This document shows, in pieces, positions 38,101 through 49,220 of a DNA stretch of 64,000 bases. The DNA comes from Lama glama (Eukaryota): the NCBI GenBank assembly GCA_028534125.1, contig JAPYYK010000144.1, forward strand, positions 496,001 through 560,000, in the 5' to 3' direction. A model generated the notes under the pieces. The model saw only the letters and a program-made list of their open reading frames with translations, did not search any database and had not been told where the DNA came from. The position numbers were made by a program, and so were the translations under genes. The first letter of the stretch is position 1. The number at the start of each line of letters is the position of its first letter.

Positions 38101-38245
38101 AGGGGAAGGTATAGCTCAAGTGGTAGAGTGCATGCTTAGCACGCGTGAGGTCCTGCGTTCAATCCCCAATATTCCATCTAAACATAAATAAATAAATAAG
38201 TCTAATAACTTCCCTCCCCAAAATAATAAAAATAAATTTAAAAAA
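38101..38245 (+). mobile_element. Camelid tRNA-Ala-derived SINE (vic-1 type)
   Basis: ggggaaggtatagctcaagtggtagagtgcatgcttagc...gttcaatcccc with A and B boxes, A-rich tail; TSD taagaatgctcctgaa/taagaatgtttcagaa. Confidence 0.9.
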
Positions 38246-38625
38246 TAAGAATGTTTCAGAAAACAATGAAGCAACAAATAGAATCCAACCTTACAGACTC
38301 CATTGCCCCTTTCAGCCACTTCTCCCTCATTTCAAAGACCTCTTCCACTCCCAAACAGTCCCCAAAGTTGTATACTTGCTCTGTTCCACCATCTTCTCAC
38401 CATAAGAACAAACCATCTGAGGGTTCTGACTACATTTTAGCAATTCAACATCTTACCTCTTCCAAGACTGTCTGCCTTTCAAAAGAAGAGAATGAGAGGT
38501 CTGTGCTAGATTCAAAGGAATGAACTCCATAAGCTAGTAGGGGAGGAATTTGGGGGGAAAAATAACTTTCCTCTGACCCTCAAGTCCTCTTATGTGATGA
38601 CGCCTTCCTTTCCCAAATATATAGG

Positions 38626-38835
38626 CCAGGGTCTCTTAACCTTGGTGCTGCTGATGTTTGGGGTGGAGAATTCTTTGTTATGGAAGACTGCTGTGCATTG
38701 TAGGATGTTTAGCATCCTTGACATCTACACACCAGATGCCAATAGCATCCCTTCACTCCATTTTCAAAGTCAAAAATCCCCAGATACTGTCAAATGTCTC
38801 CTGGGGGCACAAAACAACCCAGTTGAGAAGCACTT
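38626..38835 (-). mobile_element. MER20
   Basis: gtgcattgtaggatgtttagcatcc...ccagatgccaatagca...aaatgtctcctggggg...gttgagaagcact. Confidence 0.9.
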
Positions 38836-38857
38836 GTTTACGTAAAGACAGGCTTTA

Positions 38858-38962
38858 CTTTTTTTTGTTGTTGCTGTTGTTAATGAAGGTACTGGCGATT
38901 AAACCTATGACCTCATGCACGCTAAGTATGCGCTCTACCACTGAGCTATTCCCCCCACCCCT
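38858..38962 (-). mobile_element. vic-1-type SINE
   Basis: tgcacgctaagtatgcgctctaccactgagctattccccc; T-rich tail; TSD-like acaggctttactt/ataggtcttactt. Confidence 0.9.
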
Positions 38963-39545
38963 AACATAGGTCTTACTTGCAAAGACCAATAATCTTAAAT
39001 TCATTGCCTCAGATTTTGGTTTTTATTCCTGTACAGTTGCTGTTAGTATATAATCACTCTATAGAAAACAAAAACAAAACAGGAAACCTGCTCATCACAA
39101 AATAACCAGAATAACTGGACTCCAGTAAAGAGCTTTTGTTCTTGTTTCAACGAAGAAAAATTTACACATGAAAATGTTCTCAAGCAAGGACTCAATACAT
39201 CATCACATTCTTTGCCCTCAGACTTATTCACAAATACCTGCTTGAAACTAAATTAAAGGGCAAGCAACTGACTATGTTCCTTTAGACTCACTGTGGCTTT
39301 TGAAATGACTGCATCACAAAAACAGATGGAATGAAAAAATAACTTTTTAAGAACATATGAAGAGGCAGAGCTTTGTTTTTACAAAAATGCTAATATTAGA
39401 TCCCTGAGTGTACAATACATGTCTCTGGCTCAAGTTAGACACTCTGATTTATAGAACATATTCATTTTTAAATAAATGTTTATTTTTGCTTAATCTTTTT
39501 TTTTTTTGGTACTCCCCATCTCCATTCCTTATGGTTTCTTGAGAT

Positions 39546-39782
39546 CAGTGAGACTGTACTGGGGAATATTTTATCCTCCCCCTGCCTGGGGGTGGTATTT
39601 GTCAGTATTTGGAGACATTTTTGGTTATCACAACTTGGAGGTTGGGGCAGGGAGAATACGGCTGACATCTAGGGGTGGGGAACAGGGATGCTGCTAAACA
39701 TCCTACAATGCACGAGACAGCTCCCACCACAAAGAATTACCCAGCCCCAAAAGTCAATAGTACCGAGGCTGAGAAATCCCAG
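39546..39782 (+). mobile_element. MER20
   Basis: ttggagacatttttggttatcacaac...gggatgctgctaaacatcctacaatgcac...gtcaatagtaccgaggctgagaaatccc. Confidence 0.9.
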
Positions 39783-41597
39783 TCTAGAGACATAACTAGA
39801 ACTCCCATACACAGTCCCTGATTTGGTTACAAGCTATGGGAAAGACATGGTACTCACATCTTCTCCATTTGTTTAATGACCATGATGCCTAGGATAGGGA
39901 TATATCTACTGTAGGTGCCCCATTTAACTATTACCTGAAAAATCCAATTTTGGGGGAAGAAAAGACAAAGAAATAACTTTATTCTTCTCGGTTAAAGCAT
40001 TCTTGGCGAACTAAAAAAATTAAAGTATGGTTGGGATAAAATCCTATTTTTTAAATGGATGAACTGTAACATTTGCAAAAAAAAACAAGGACCTTTTTGG
40101 AACACAGTATCCGTTGGTTGTGTATTTGAACCTCCAGGGTCGCTAAAGGCTCTTTTCCTCACCCTCTACCCCTTCATCCTCCACCAAGAGGAGGCAGCTC
40201 CCTGAGGGGCAATAATGCTGAAGGGCTTTCCCAGGGCACAAGGAGGCCACCATGCCAGAGAGTGGGGACAAGAAGTGATCAATAAAGAGAACTCAAGTGA
40301 GGCTCTAATCTTTCTCTTCCTTTAAGTAAATCTCTTCACCATGAATTTATTTTCCCTTTGCATCTCTTTTCAGGAATTCCAGATAAAAATTTGAATGAGA
40401 GCTCTGATCTGACTTAATCTTTTTTGAAGATTTATGTAAACATATCCCATTGTTCCAAGTTCTCCAAAGGCAATGGAACCTAACAAAAGGGGGCAATCAA
40501 AAGATTAAGGTACAAAACACAGGTGGTGGTGAAATATCCCACCAAATGCAGGCATCTCCTGAGAGACTAAACACGTGGCTGCAGCAATAACATGTTAGTT
40601 TTTGTAATAATCCTTGAAAGTATACAAATAAACCAAACCTTTGCAAATAGAAATCCCGTGAGCTCTTCTTGTGATTAAGAATTTAAAGCACCAATCTCCT
40701 CCTGGGCTTGGAGACTTTAAGAACAAAAAGTTTTAAGTGGAACTGGAAAACAGTTATATATTACAAATGCACCCATATTGCTCATGTAATATTTATGAGC
40801 CTCAGAATGATCATTCTGATTATTCCCAGCTGATTTTAACAACGGATTTTTTTCCCCTCTCTTAATTAGGTGCCTGCGTGCAAACAAAAGCCTATTATAG
40901 CACTCAGAAAGAACACATTGAATAAAATTAGATAAGATCCATCTTCTAAATCGTTGGATAGTAGTCTAAATATAAAAATAAAATGGTTCCCTGTGATCTG
41001 GATGTGTGTGCACTTGCAATAAAACTTCAATACCATTTCAGTTGCCACTCTTTGCAATCAGGGCAAGCAAACCCGAAATCAACTCTAAGTCTGTATAATG
41101 CATCTCAACCAAGATACCCGCTTTATCAGTGTCAAAGGTAGGGCTGCCTCTTTCTGTTTAGAGGAGCAAATTTCTAAATGTTCTCAGGTGACTGTACAAT
41201 AAATGACTGAAATTTAAAGGAAATCATTTTTTCTACTGCTCAAAGCACAGAAGAAATACTTCAGATTCAAAAGGATGTAAGAAGGGTGGAAATTTTAGAA
41301 GCAATCGCTATTCTTAAGCTTGACTTTGATAGTCTATTCAACTACAATTAGTGTCTAAATTTAAATCCCTGTCTGTGGTTGGATTAGAGGTACCAAGTTA
41401 GGTCTTTTATTGAGGCATCTTATCATTTGTGTTTCAAGAAAAAGATAAAATAGATTCAAAGGCATGGGATCTTCACAAGCAACAATAAAAGTGTGGCTCC
41501 TTGTTCTACATGATAATTTGTTTATGAAATCATTACTTGGAAGTGTTCATACTTGAAACATTGGACCTTATTTTGAAATGCTGCTAAGGATTAGACC

Positions 41598-41662
41598 CTG
41601 TGACAGACAGACCCTAGGGTGACTCCCCAATGAGTCCCACCCTCCTGGTATGCATACACTTC
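41598..41662 (+). mobile_element. MLT1 LTR 5' fragment
   Basis: tgtgacagacagaccctagggtgactccccaatgagtcccaccctcctggtat. Confidence 0.6.
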
Positions 41663-41867
41663 ACCATAATAAATTTTTGAAGATAGTAATAACTACAAAA
41701 GTGCTTAGTGCTACAAAAAATAAGGTACTATGGGAATGAAAAGGGACCTATTCTGGGGTGAAGTGTTGAAACAGTGAGGAATGGGGTGAAGACAGGGTAC
41801 ACAGCAGTTCTACATACACTTGAGCTTCAAAAAAAAGCACTGACCCTAAAGTGAATTAAGATCTTGA

Positions 41868-41930
41868 AGATGCCAAGATATGGAAACAACCTATGTGCTT
41901 GTCGACAAACAAATTGGTAACCAAAATGTG

Positions 41931-41968
<38 letters not shown>

Positions 41969-43385
41969 CTATCCCTTGAACAGCACGAGTCTGAATTGCA
42001 TGAGTCCACTTATATGCTATTGTTTTCAATAAACATACAAAAATATACATGTAGAATAAATACTATGTGCAAGATTTGTATTGGAGGAGATAGTCTATCC
42101 TTACATAGGTATAAAGTATCTTCAATCTAAAATTGAGTATGTTAGTCTTCTTACTGCTTTATAACTTTGCTTTCAAAAACTTACATTACCGTACAGTATG
42201 TCTGTCTTCTGTCTGTCTCTCCCTCTCTCTCTCGTGCATGAGCCTATCATCACAAGTGTTTAAATGTAATAATGTTCCCAGTGCTATGTTATGAATGTGA
42301 CTGTTATACCTTATGCCACAAAAATGTTATAATGATTCATTCATTAGTGTTTAGGCTAAGCTACCACATGGAAGCAATGTATCAACTGCGCAAGGCAACC
42401 ATAAAGCAATCATATTGTGGCTTCTTCATTATCAGTGCATGAATTGCTACACCTATAAATAAATATGAATTTCTTTTTCACATTATCTTTTCATTTTAAT
42501 GGCGACTGTTAGTAATATATATAATATCTACAGTATTTTGCACCATATAAGACAATTCTGATGTAGGAACTGACAGATAATTCATCTTGTAAACAGATGA
42601 TGTAAACTCACTGTATCAATAAACACAGTACAACACTGAAAATGTATTTTCTCTTCCTTGTGATTTTCTTAATAACGTTGTCTTTTCTCTAGCTTACATT
42701 TTATTGTAAGAATACAGTATATAATACATATAACATACAAAATAAATGTTAATTAACTGTTTATGTTATTGGTAAGGCTCAATGGTAGGGTATTAGTAGT
42801 TAAGTCTGGGGGCAGAGTCAAAAGTTACAGAAGGATTTTCAACTGCACAGGGGTCAGTGCCCCTCACCCCCATGTTGTTCAAGGGTCAACTGTATATACA
42901 ATGAAATATTATTTAGCCTTAAAAAAGGGAAATCCTGCCTTTTGCGACAACATAGATGACAGAGAGGACATTATGCTAAGTGAAATAAGCCAGACACAGA
43001 AAAGACAAATATTGCATGATCTCATTCATATGTGGGATCTAAAAAAGTTGAACTCAAAAGCAGAGTGTAGAATGGTATTACTAGGGGCTGGGAGGTGGGG
43101 GAAATGGGGAACTGTTGATCAAAGAGTATAAAGAATAAATTCTGGAGATCAAATGCACAGCAGATTGATGATAGTCAACAATCCTGTATTGTATAGCACT
43201 TGAAATATAGTAAGAGTAAAGCTTAAGTGTCCCCACCACACAAAAATGGCAACCCTGGGAAGTCATGGATATATTAATTAGCTTGAATGTGGTAACAATT
43301 TCACAATGTATGTCAAAATATCACATTGTACACGTTATATACACAGTGTTTGTCAGTTATATCTCAGTAAAGCTGGGAAAAAATT
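41868..43385 (+). mobile_element. L1MA-type 3' end split by a Tigger2 insertion
   Basis: gccaagatatggaaacaacc...(CA)n, resuming tatatacaatgaaatattatttagccttaaaaaaggg...atctcagtaaagctgggaaaaaa. Confidence 0.9.
41964..42892 (+). mobile_element. Tigger2-derived non-autonomous DNA transposon (TcMar-Tigger)
   Basis: Left TIR remnant cccttgaacagcacgagtctgaattgc; right TIR gttgttcaagggtcaactg followed by TA. Confidence 0.9.
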
Positions 43386-44349
43386 TCAATCTTAAAGATG
43401 TTCTTTTTTGCCCCCTAATTTGCCAATTGCTCCAAAACAAATTTTTGTTTTTGTAGTGTGTGATTCATTCTTTACAAACACACTCTACTCATTAAGATTC
43501 CATTTTTCCTAGCAGCTCTGACTTATGTTACTTATAATAACCATTTCATTACTCCAGTGAATCAGTTGAGACTTCTCCTGCAGTAATTACCAGAAGGATT
43601 TCTTTTTCTTCCCCTCTAAGATGGATAGCATATATTCTTTGAATCGGTTTATATTTCCAAGTGCAGTTTGTTTCCTTTTAATTTTTTTTAAATATGCAAA
43701 ATGCCCCAGATAGCTCAATCCTGCTCAACTAGATACGCTGCAGTGTTCTTGGATATAGTTCTTTTCTCCCATCTCCACTTAACACTATTCAACATCACCT
43801 ATCGTTTTGAATTACAGGGAAGGACATCAGCCTTGGAGAGGTTTTCCCAGGAGGAAAAACCAGTGTGAAGTCCCAATGACATCAGATTGTTCTGAGTACC
43901 CATTAGAGCACCAGAGAATAAAAACACGTGGACTGGCAGATGTCCTTGATTCCACTCTGTACACAGAATCCATTTCTGAGACCCAGGACCATGCTAGAAT
44001 ATTTTGAAAAGCCAATTTACACAAACACAGCCATTTGCTCAGAGTTTGTTTTCTACTGTTCCAGCTACTTTTTAATAAGAAGCAGCAGCAAAATTTATTG
44101 ACCTAAATGCCTTCTTGATATTTTTTACTCATTATACTCGAGAAAAAAAAAACACTATTTGCTTAACAGTCGAGTATAGTTTGCCCCTGTTTCCATGAAC
44201 CTGGATTTATTCTTTTTTTGTTTTGTTTATTTGTTTGACAAGAAAAAGCCCTCTGTGATAAATATGATCTTATACAATGGAAAATTAAACTAAAAATCTG
44301 ATGCAACCCCAAAGAAAGGACAAATAAAGTGGAAATGATCACAGAACTG

Positions 44350-44715
44350 GTCACATCAAAGCTGATGAGTCATGGTAAATAAGGAGGAAGTAACTGGGTC
44401 TAATGAAGACGCTGAATCACAGCCGTTCCGGGTCTTTTTGAGCAAGGTTAATCTCTTAAAGTGGCTAGTCATGGGTAATTCTCATTAGGCAGCATCTTGA
44501 ATAGTGACGGGCTTGTCTAATACACAACGGAAGTGTGTGATGTGAGGAATCACATTATACTCAATCAATTGATCTAATATTTAAAGCTATGTCTTCCAAT
44601 TCCTTTGACAGTTGCAATAAACACATTCAAAGGGTCAACCAGATTGATGCCCTTGCCAGAAAGTAGGTTTTTCTTTCCATTTAAATAAAAATTGGTTCAC
44701 TGATCAAGGTCACAG
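44350..44715. promoter_or_regulatory. Candidate enhancer with dense transcription-factor motif cluster
   Basis: AP-1 TGAGTCA 44366-44372; GTAAATA and TAAACA (FOX); CGGAAGT 44528-44534; AATCAAT 44563; GTTGCAAT 44611; CAAAGGGTCA 44628-44637; TCAAGGTCA 44704-44712. Confidence 0.45.
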
Positions 44716-45519
44716 CTTACCTGAAAATGGATGTGTAGTCAAGAGTGTTATGTTTTAAAAGTTGTTTTTAAAAAGGAAAAAAGAAAAAGACAGCAGCAGA
44801 TCAAGGCTGCATGATTTTTTTAAAGAAAAAAATAGCTTTTAGAGGAAATACTTTTATCTTTTATGGCATGATTCACTATCAAAAGTCCAGAAGGCCCTCC
44901 TCTTTTTGTTCCTTACTTTTTCAAGAAGAATTTGCCATTCAATTTTTTGTGTGGTAAGCTATAGATTATTCAAATAACTCTGCTGCAGAACCAAAAAAAT
45001 CCCAGGCCAGGGAACAGCTTGAGAAGAATCTACTCCCCACCTCAACATCAGGGAAGTTTAGGATTAATCTGGCAGGAGAGGCTCACCGAGCAGGAATGCC
45101 AGGAGCATGAACGAATGACAGGAATATCAAAAAGTCTCCCTGTCCTCAAACTGCTCTCCCACGGCTCTGCCACCGGGTCAACACTTCCCAGTGTAAGAGT
45201 CACTGCTTTGAAGGGTGGCATTTTTCTCTGGAGATCCCTGGTAAAATGCAAATGTCACGTCTGGAGAGGGCAGGGTACTTACCTAGGCCCACCACTAACT
45301 CCCCATAATTTATGAAGTAAATTGCAGCTCCTTGATTCAAGCCGAGGCACTGGGTCGCATTTATAGACATGGATTTTCAGAGCTAGCACCAAAGAGACTT
45401 ACTTTTCCCCCAGCTCTCTGCCCATGGGCAAGGAAGCCGGCAGGAAGTGAGAGCTCTTCCTAGGGTTGTGCTGTGCACAGCTTCTAGGTAGCGTTCAACT
45501 TTCTCTCTATCAATTATAT

Positions 45520-45676
45520 ATATTTTTTCAAGTTTTTTTTTTTTGGTTTGTTTGTCTTTATTTTTAGAGGGGATTAGATTTATTTATTTATTTTTAATGG
45601 AGGTACTGGGGGGTTGAACCCAGGACCTTGTGCATGCTAAGCACGTGCTCTACCATTGAACTATTCCCTCCCCCGC
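45520..45676 (-). mobile_element. vic-1-type SINE
   Basis: ggaggtactgggggttgaacccaggaccttgtgcatgctaagcacgtgctctaccattgaactattccctcccc; TSD atcaattatat on both sides. Confidence 0.9.
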
Positions 45677-47316
45677 CATCAATTATATTTTTAACTATGA
45701 GTTACATTTGTCCTCATCCATTACCCACCAGAAATAGAATCATCATCTTCTTTGTGCAGTAAATGCCAAAAAAATTTAGCACCCCAAAACACAAAAAGAA
45801 GGATGAAATGTTCATAAAGAGGCCAGAGGAGGTAGAAGGTCAGGCCAACTCCCCGACAGTTATTTACTTGGATCTTCTCAGGCTCCCTCTGCATGTTTGG
45901 TGTTACTGAGTTCACTGTTCTACATGTTTGCCTGCAAAGGAGGTAGCATTTTCTCAATGTTATGGCAACGGAAACTAAAGCTGAAAGATGATTTTCCAAA
46001 GCCCCAGTGTGTCTGATTGCAATGCTGGCAAATTTTCTCGATAGCACGCTTCGTCCTATATTCAAAATGGTGTCACCTTTTTTGGATGAGGACTTAAACA
46101 ACTGAAAATACTAAACTGAGGCACAGGCCTCACTGATTTATCTGCTCTTGGTCTCTGCAAGCCTCTGCCCTCCTTTGTGATGTGATATACACTCAGGGTC
46201 ATCCATCCCCATGAGATTCTGTGAAAGAGCAGAGAACCAACAGTCAGATCTCAGCATCCCAGGCCATCAGCCTCACTGGCCTGACTCCTCTCACTTTTTC
46301 CACCCGAGCTGACCTCCTTCTATGATTTTCCTTCACCCATAACAACCCTGCAGGAACTCTGCTCCTCCATTAACCTTTCCTGCTCCAGCTTTTCTGACCT
46401 CATGGACTGCATCTTTCCGACCCAGCCTCGCCCTGTGGCCACCTACACCACAGAGGTCAGCCTGGGTCAACAGCTCCCGGTCAACAGCAGCCTCTCCAGG
46501 ACCCTCTCTCCTCACTCCAGCCAGGAGCTTCCATTTAATAATAACCTAGATTCCTGGAGAACCACACGCAGGGCTTGATAGCCTGCACTTACCAACAGCG
46601 TATCGCTGGCTGAGAAAGAGATGCTCATTTGCAAAGCTGCTAGAGGGCTGCTGCCCACTATCTCCCAAGGGACTTTTCCTACCTCTTCAATTCCCGGGGA
46701 TCTTCTGGCTTCTGATGATTGCTTTGGGCATTTAACCTTTCCCTTTGCTCTTTCCGAGGCCGCCTGCACCTCTGTCTCTTGACTTTGACCTTTTCTCTCT
46801 GTAAGCTTTTCACTTTAGTGCGGACCTGCGTCCCACTTCAAACTGCTCACGCCAGATCTCTAGTTCAAGCCTGATTCCCAGCTCCCAGCTGCTCCTGGGA
46901 TCCGGCTTGACAGGATCCTTGAGCTGTGCCCAGGGCCTGTCATGCCCAACTCTCATTCATCTCAGGGTGCAGAGGAATCTTTGATCACTGTCAATTGCTG
47001 CTGGACCGAATCCTGATTCTCCTCAAGACTTGAGTAGCATTCATTAACTGCCATCCTTATGGCCTTTGTGCTTTCTTTGGTAGCAGACAAGTTTTATTGC
47101 CTATTCCCTGGTGTTCTAGAGCATTCCTTATCACCAGCGGGTCTCTCTCAGTCCAGGTTCTTTGTTAGGAAGTGGTGAGCCTTCTCTCTTAGTGACAAAG
47201 GAGGATAATACAAAAGATAGAGAAAGCAAAGAATGAACCTTTATCCACATAAAATCACACAGAGGCCTTCTTCCAATCAGAAGATAAACTTTACAGTCCA
47301 GATATGCCCTGGAGAG

Positions 47317-47462
47317 CAGTGCTTTTCCAACTTTCATGATCACGGGAGGTACTTGTTAAAGGCAGATTCTGGTTCAGGAGGTCGGGAGGAGGGTGTGTTT
47401 CTAACAGGCTCCCAGGTGATGCCCTGGCTACAACAAGGCCCGTGATCTGAGCAGTGAAGCCC
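47317..47462. mobile_element. MER5-family hAT element
   Basis: cagtgcttttccaactt...cttgttaaaggcagattctggttcagg...tttctaacaggctcccaggtgatgcc. Confidence 0.75.
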
Positions 47463-48104
47463 TAGATCTACCACGTGGAGCTGGGTTTATACCTGGCCTC
47501 CTCCTGAAGCAGTACACGCATTAGGTAGCCCTGTCTCCGATTCAAACCATAGCCCTTTTCTTTGAAACATCACATTTTACTGAATACATTTAAGCAAAAC
47601 CAAATGTTTTCAAACATAACAATGATTTATTTATTCCTAGCTATGGATGAGAGCCTGAATTAACGGACACAAGTTGTTTCTTTCAACAAAGGGAGGAGAA
47701 AGGACAGAAAAAGTGTGAATTAGAAAGAGGCACTGAAGTGGAGGTTACTGGGTGATCAAGCAAAAATAAAGTTCCTGAATTCTGCTGCGGAAAGAATAAA
47801 AGACCCCCAAAGACATGAGCCCATGGGGGAGGGAGGCAAAGCCAAGCTTTCATTTCAGAAAGTTACGCTGGACCAACTTCAGAGAGGACTTGACTGAATC
47901 TAGACAGATAAGAATCTTACTTGTCTATTGTCTATCTTGAGGTCTGGCAGCTTTTACTGGCTGAAAAGTCCCCCCCCTCCCTTTATCAACCTAAATCTTT
48001 GAACTTTAATATTAAACTAATTTATTCTTACATACTTATAAGGCCACCTGATTATTGTTATCTGGACACAGCATATACTTGAAAAGGATTTCTAAATTTT
48101 TTCA

Positions 48105-48325
48105 ATATTAATGACTAGCGTTTGTAAGGCATTCACTCTGTGCTTTATGGGAATCAATCTCACTTATATCTGTTAAAGATGCAAAGGGTAGGCACTCTAC
48201 CAGTCCCATCTGACAAATGAGGAAAGAAGACAGGGAGCAACGTGCCTGAGGTCTTAGGAGGGAGCGACAAAGCCAAGATTCGAACTCAGGCATCCGACTC
48301 TGGTTGGAAGCTTTCCACAAGACCA
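48105..48325 (-). mobile_element. MIR
   Basis: cccatctgacaaatgaggaaa...aagattcgaactcaggcatccgactc. Confidence 0.8.
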
Positions 48326-48634
48326 GCCTGCCTCTCTGTAACTACTTTTGTTTTGTTTCCAAACCACACAATTCCAGTTTGTTTTCTCAGAAACTTTTCC
48401 TGGAAGACTCCTCTGGAATTCCAATGAAAAGTCCTCCAAGTGGACTTGAGTGCAGGAACTAATTATGATCCAAGAATCTAGCTAAAGTGAGAACGCAGAA
48501 GGGACATTTTACTCCTCCTACAAGTGGTTCTTTCATTCACATTCTATACTGTGCTATGGTTTGGATTTCTTTCCCTACCATTCTAACTGCTGCTACTATA
48601 TGGTCTGTCCCCTCTGAACCCAGCATCCTTTATT

Positions 48635-49220
48635 AAAAGTCATTCTCAGGATGCTTTAGGTTCCAAATTTAAAAAATAAAACTGGGACTGGCTTAAATAA
48701 TAAAGGGAATATATTCATCCACATAACTGAAGAAGTAGGACAGGGTCAAGAATCCAGTTTCTTTTCAGCATTTCACACTGTCATTGAAACTGTAGGCCAC
48801 ATCTGGGGCCAGCTCCTCTCAGAGTCCTAGGATGTTGATAGCTAGGGACTCTCGTACCTACTTGCTTCCTCATGTGCACTTGAGAGGAGGTCCTCCTCTC
48901 CCCCAAACTATCAAATACAAGTCCTGAGCTTCAGTCTGATTGAACCAACTCCTCATTGGATCCATTGTGAGATGCATGTTTTTCATACTGTAACGTCTCT
49001 GAAGGAAAAATACATCTTAAAATTGATGCATAGCAGTCAGGGTTTTTCCTCATTTTCCTTAATGGTACCTAAAATAGTGTGTCCTTTGTGGTACCTAACA
49101 ATGGGATAATAGGCCTAGATCACGCAGGAATTCACCCGAGAGGTGGGGCAGCTCCAACCCCTGTACCAAATGCATTACTGCTATTTCCCACACGGCAAGG
49201 TGGAACCAATGTTGGGAAGA
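48635..49220 (-). mobile_element. Old MLT1 (K/L-like) LTR with a MER104-like DNA element at ~48958-49085
   Basis: gactggcttaaataataaaggg...cataactgaagaagt...agtctgattgaaccaact; insert tccattgtgagatgcatgtttttcatactgtaacgtctctgaa. Confidence 0.55.

Noticed and set aside
38102-38172. tRNA-Ala-like sequence with A and B boxes
   Set aside because: It is the head of a vic-1-type SINE with A-rich tail and TSD; the acceptor stem is not intact, so not a tRNA gene.
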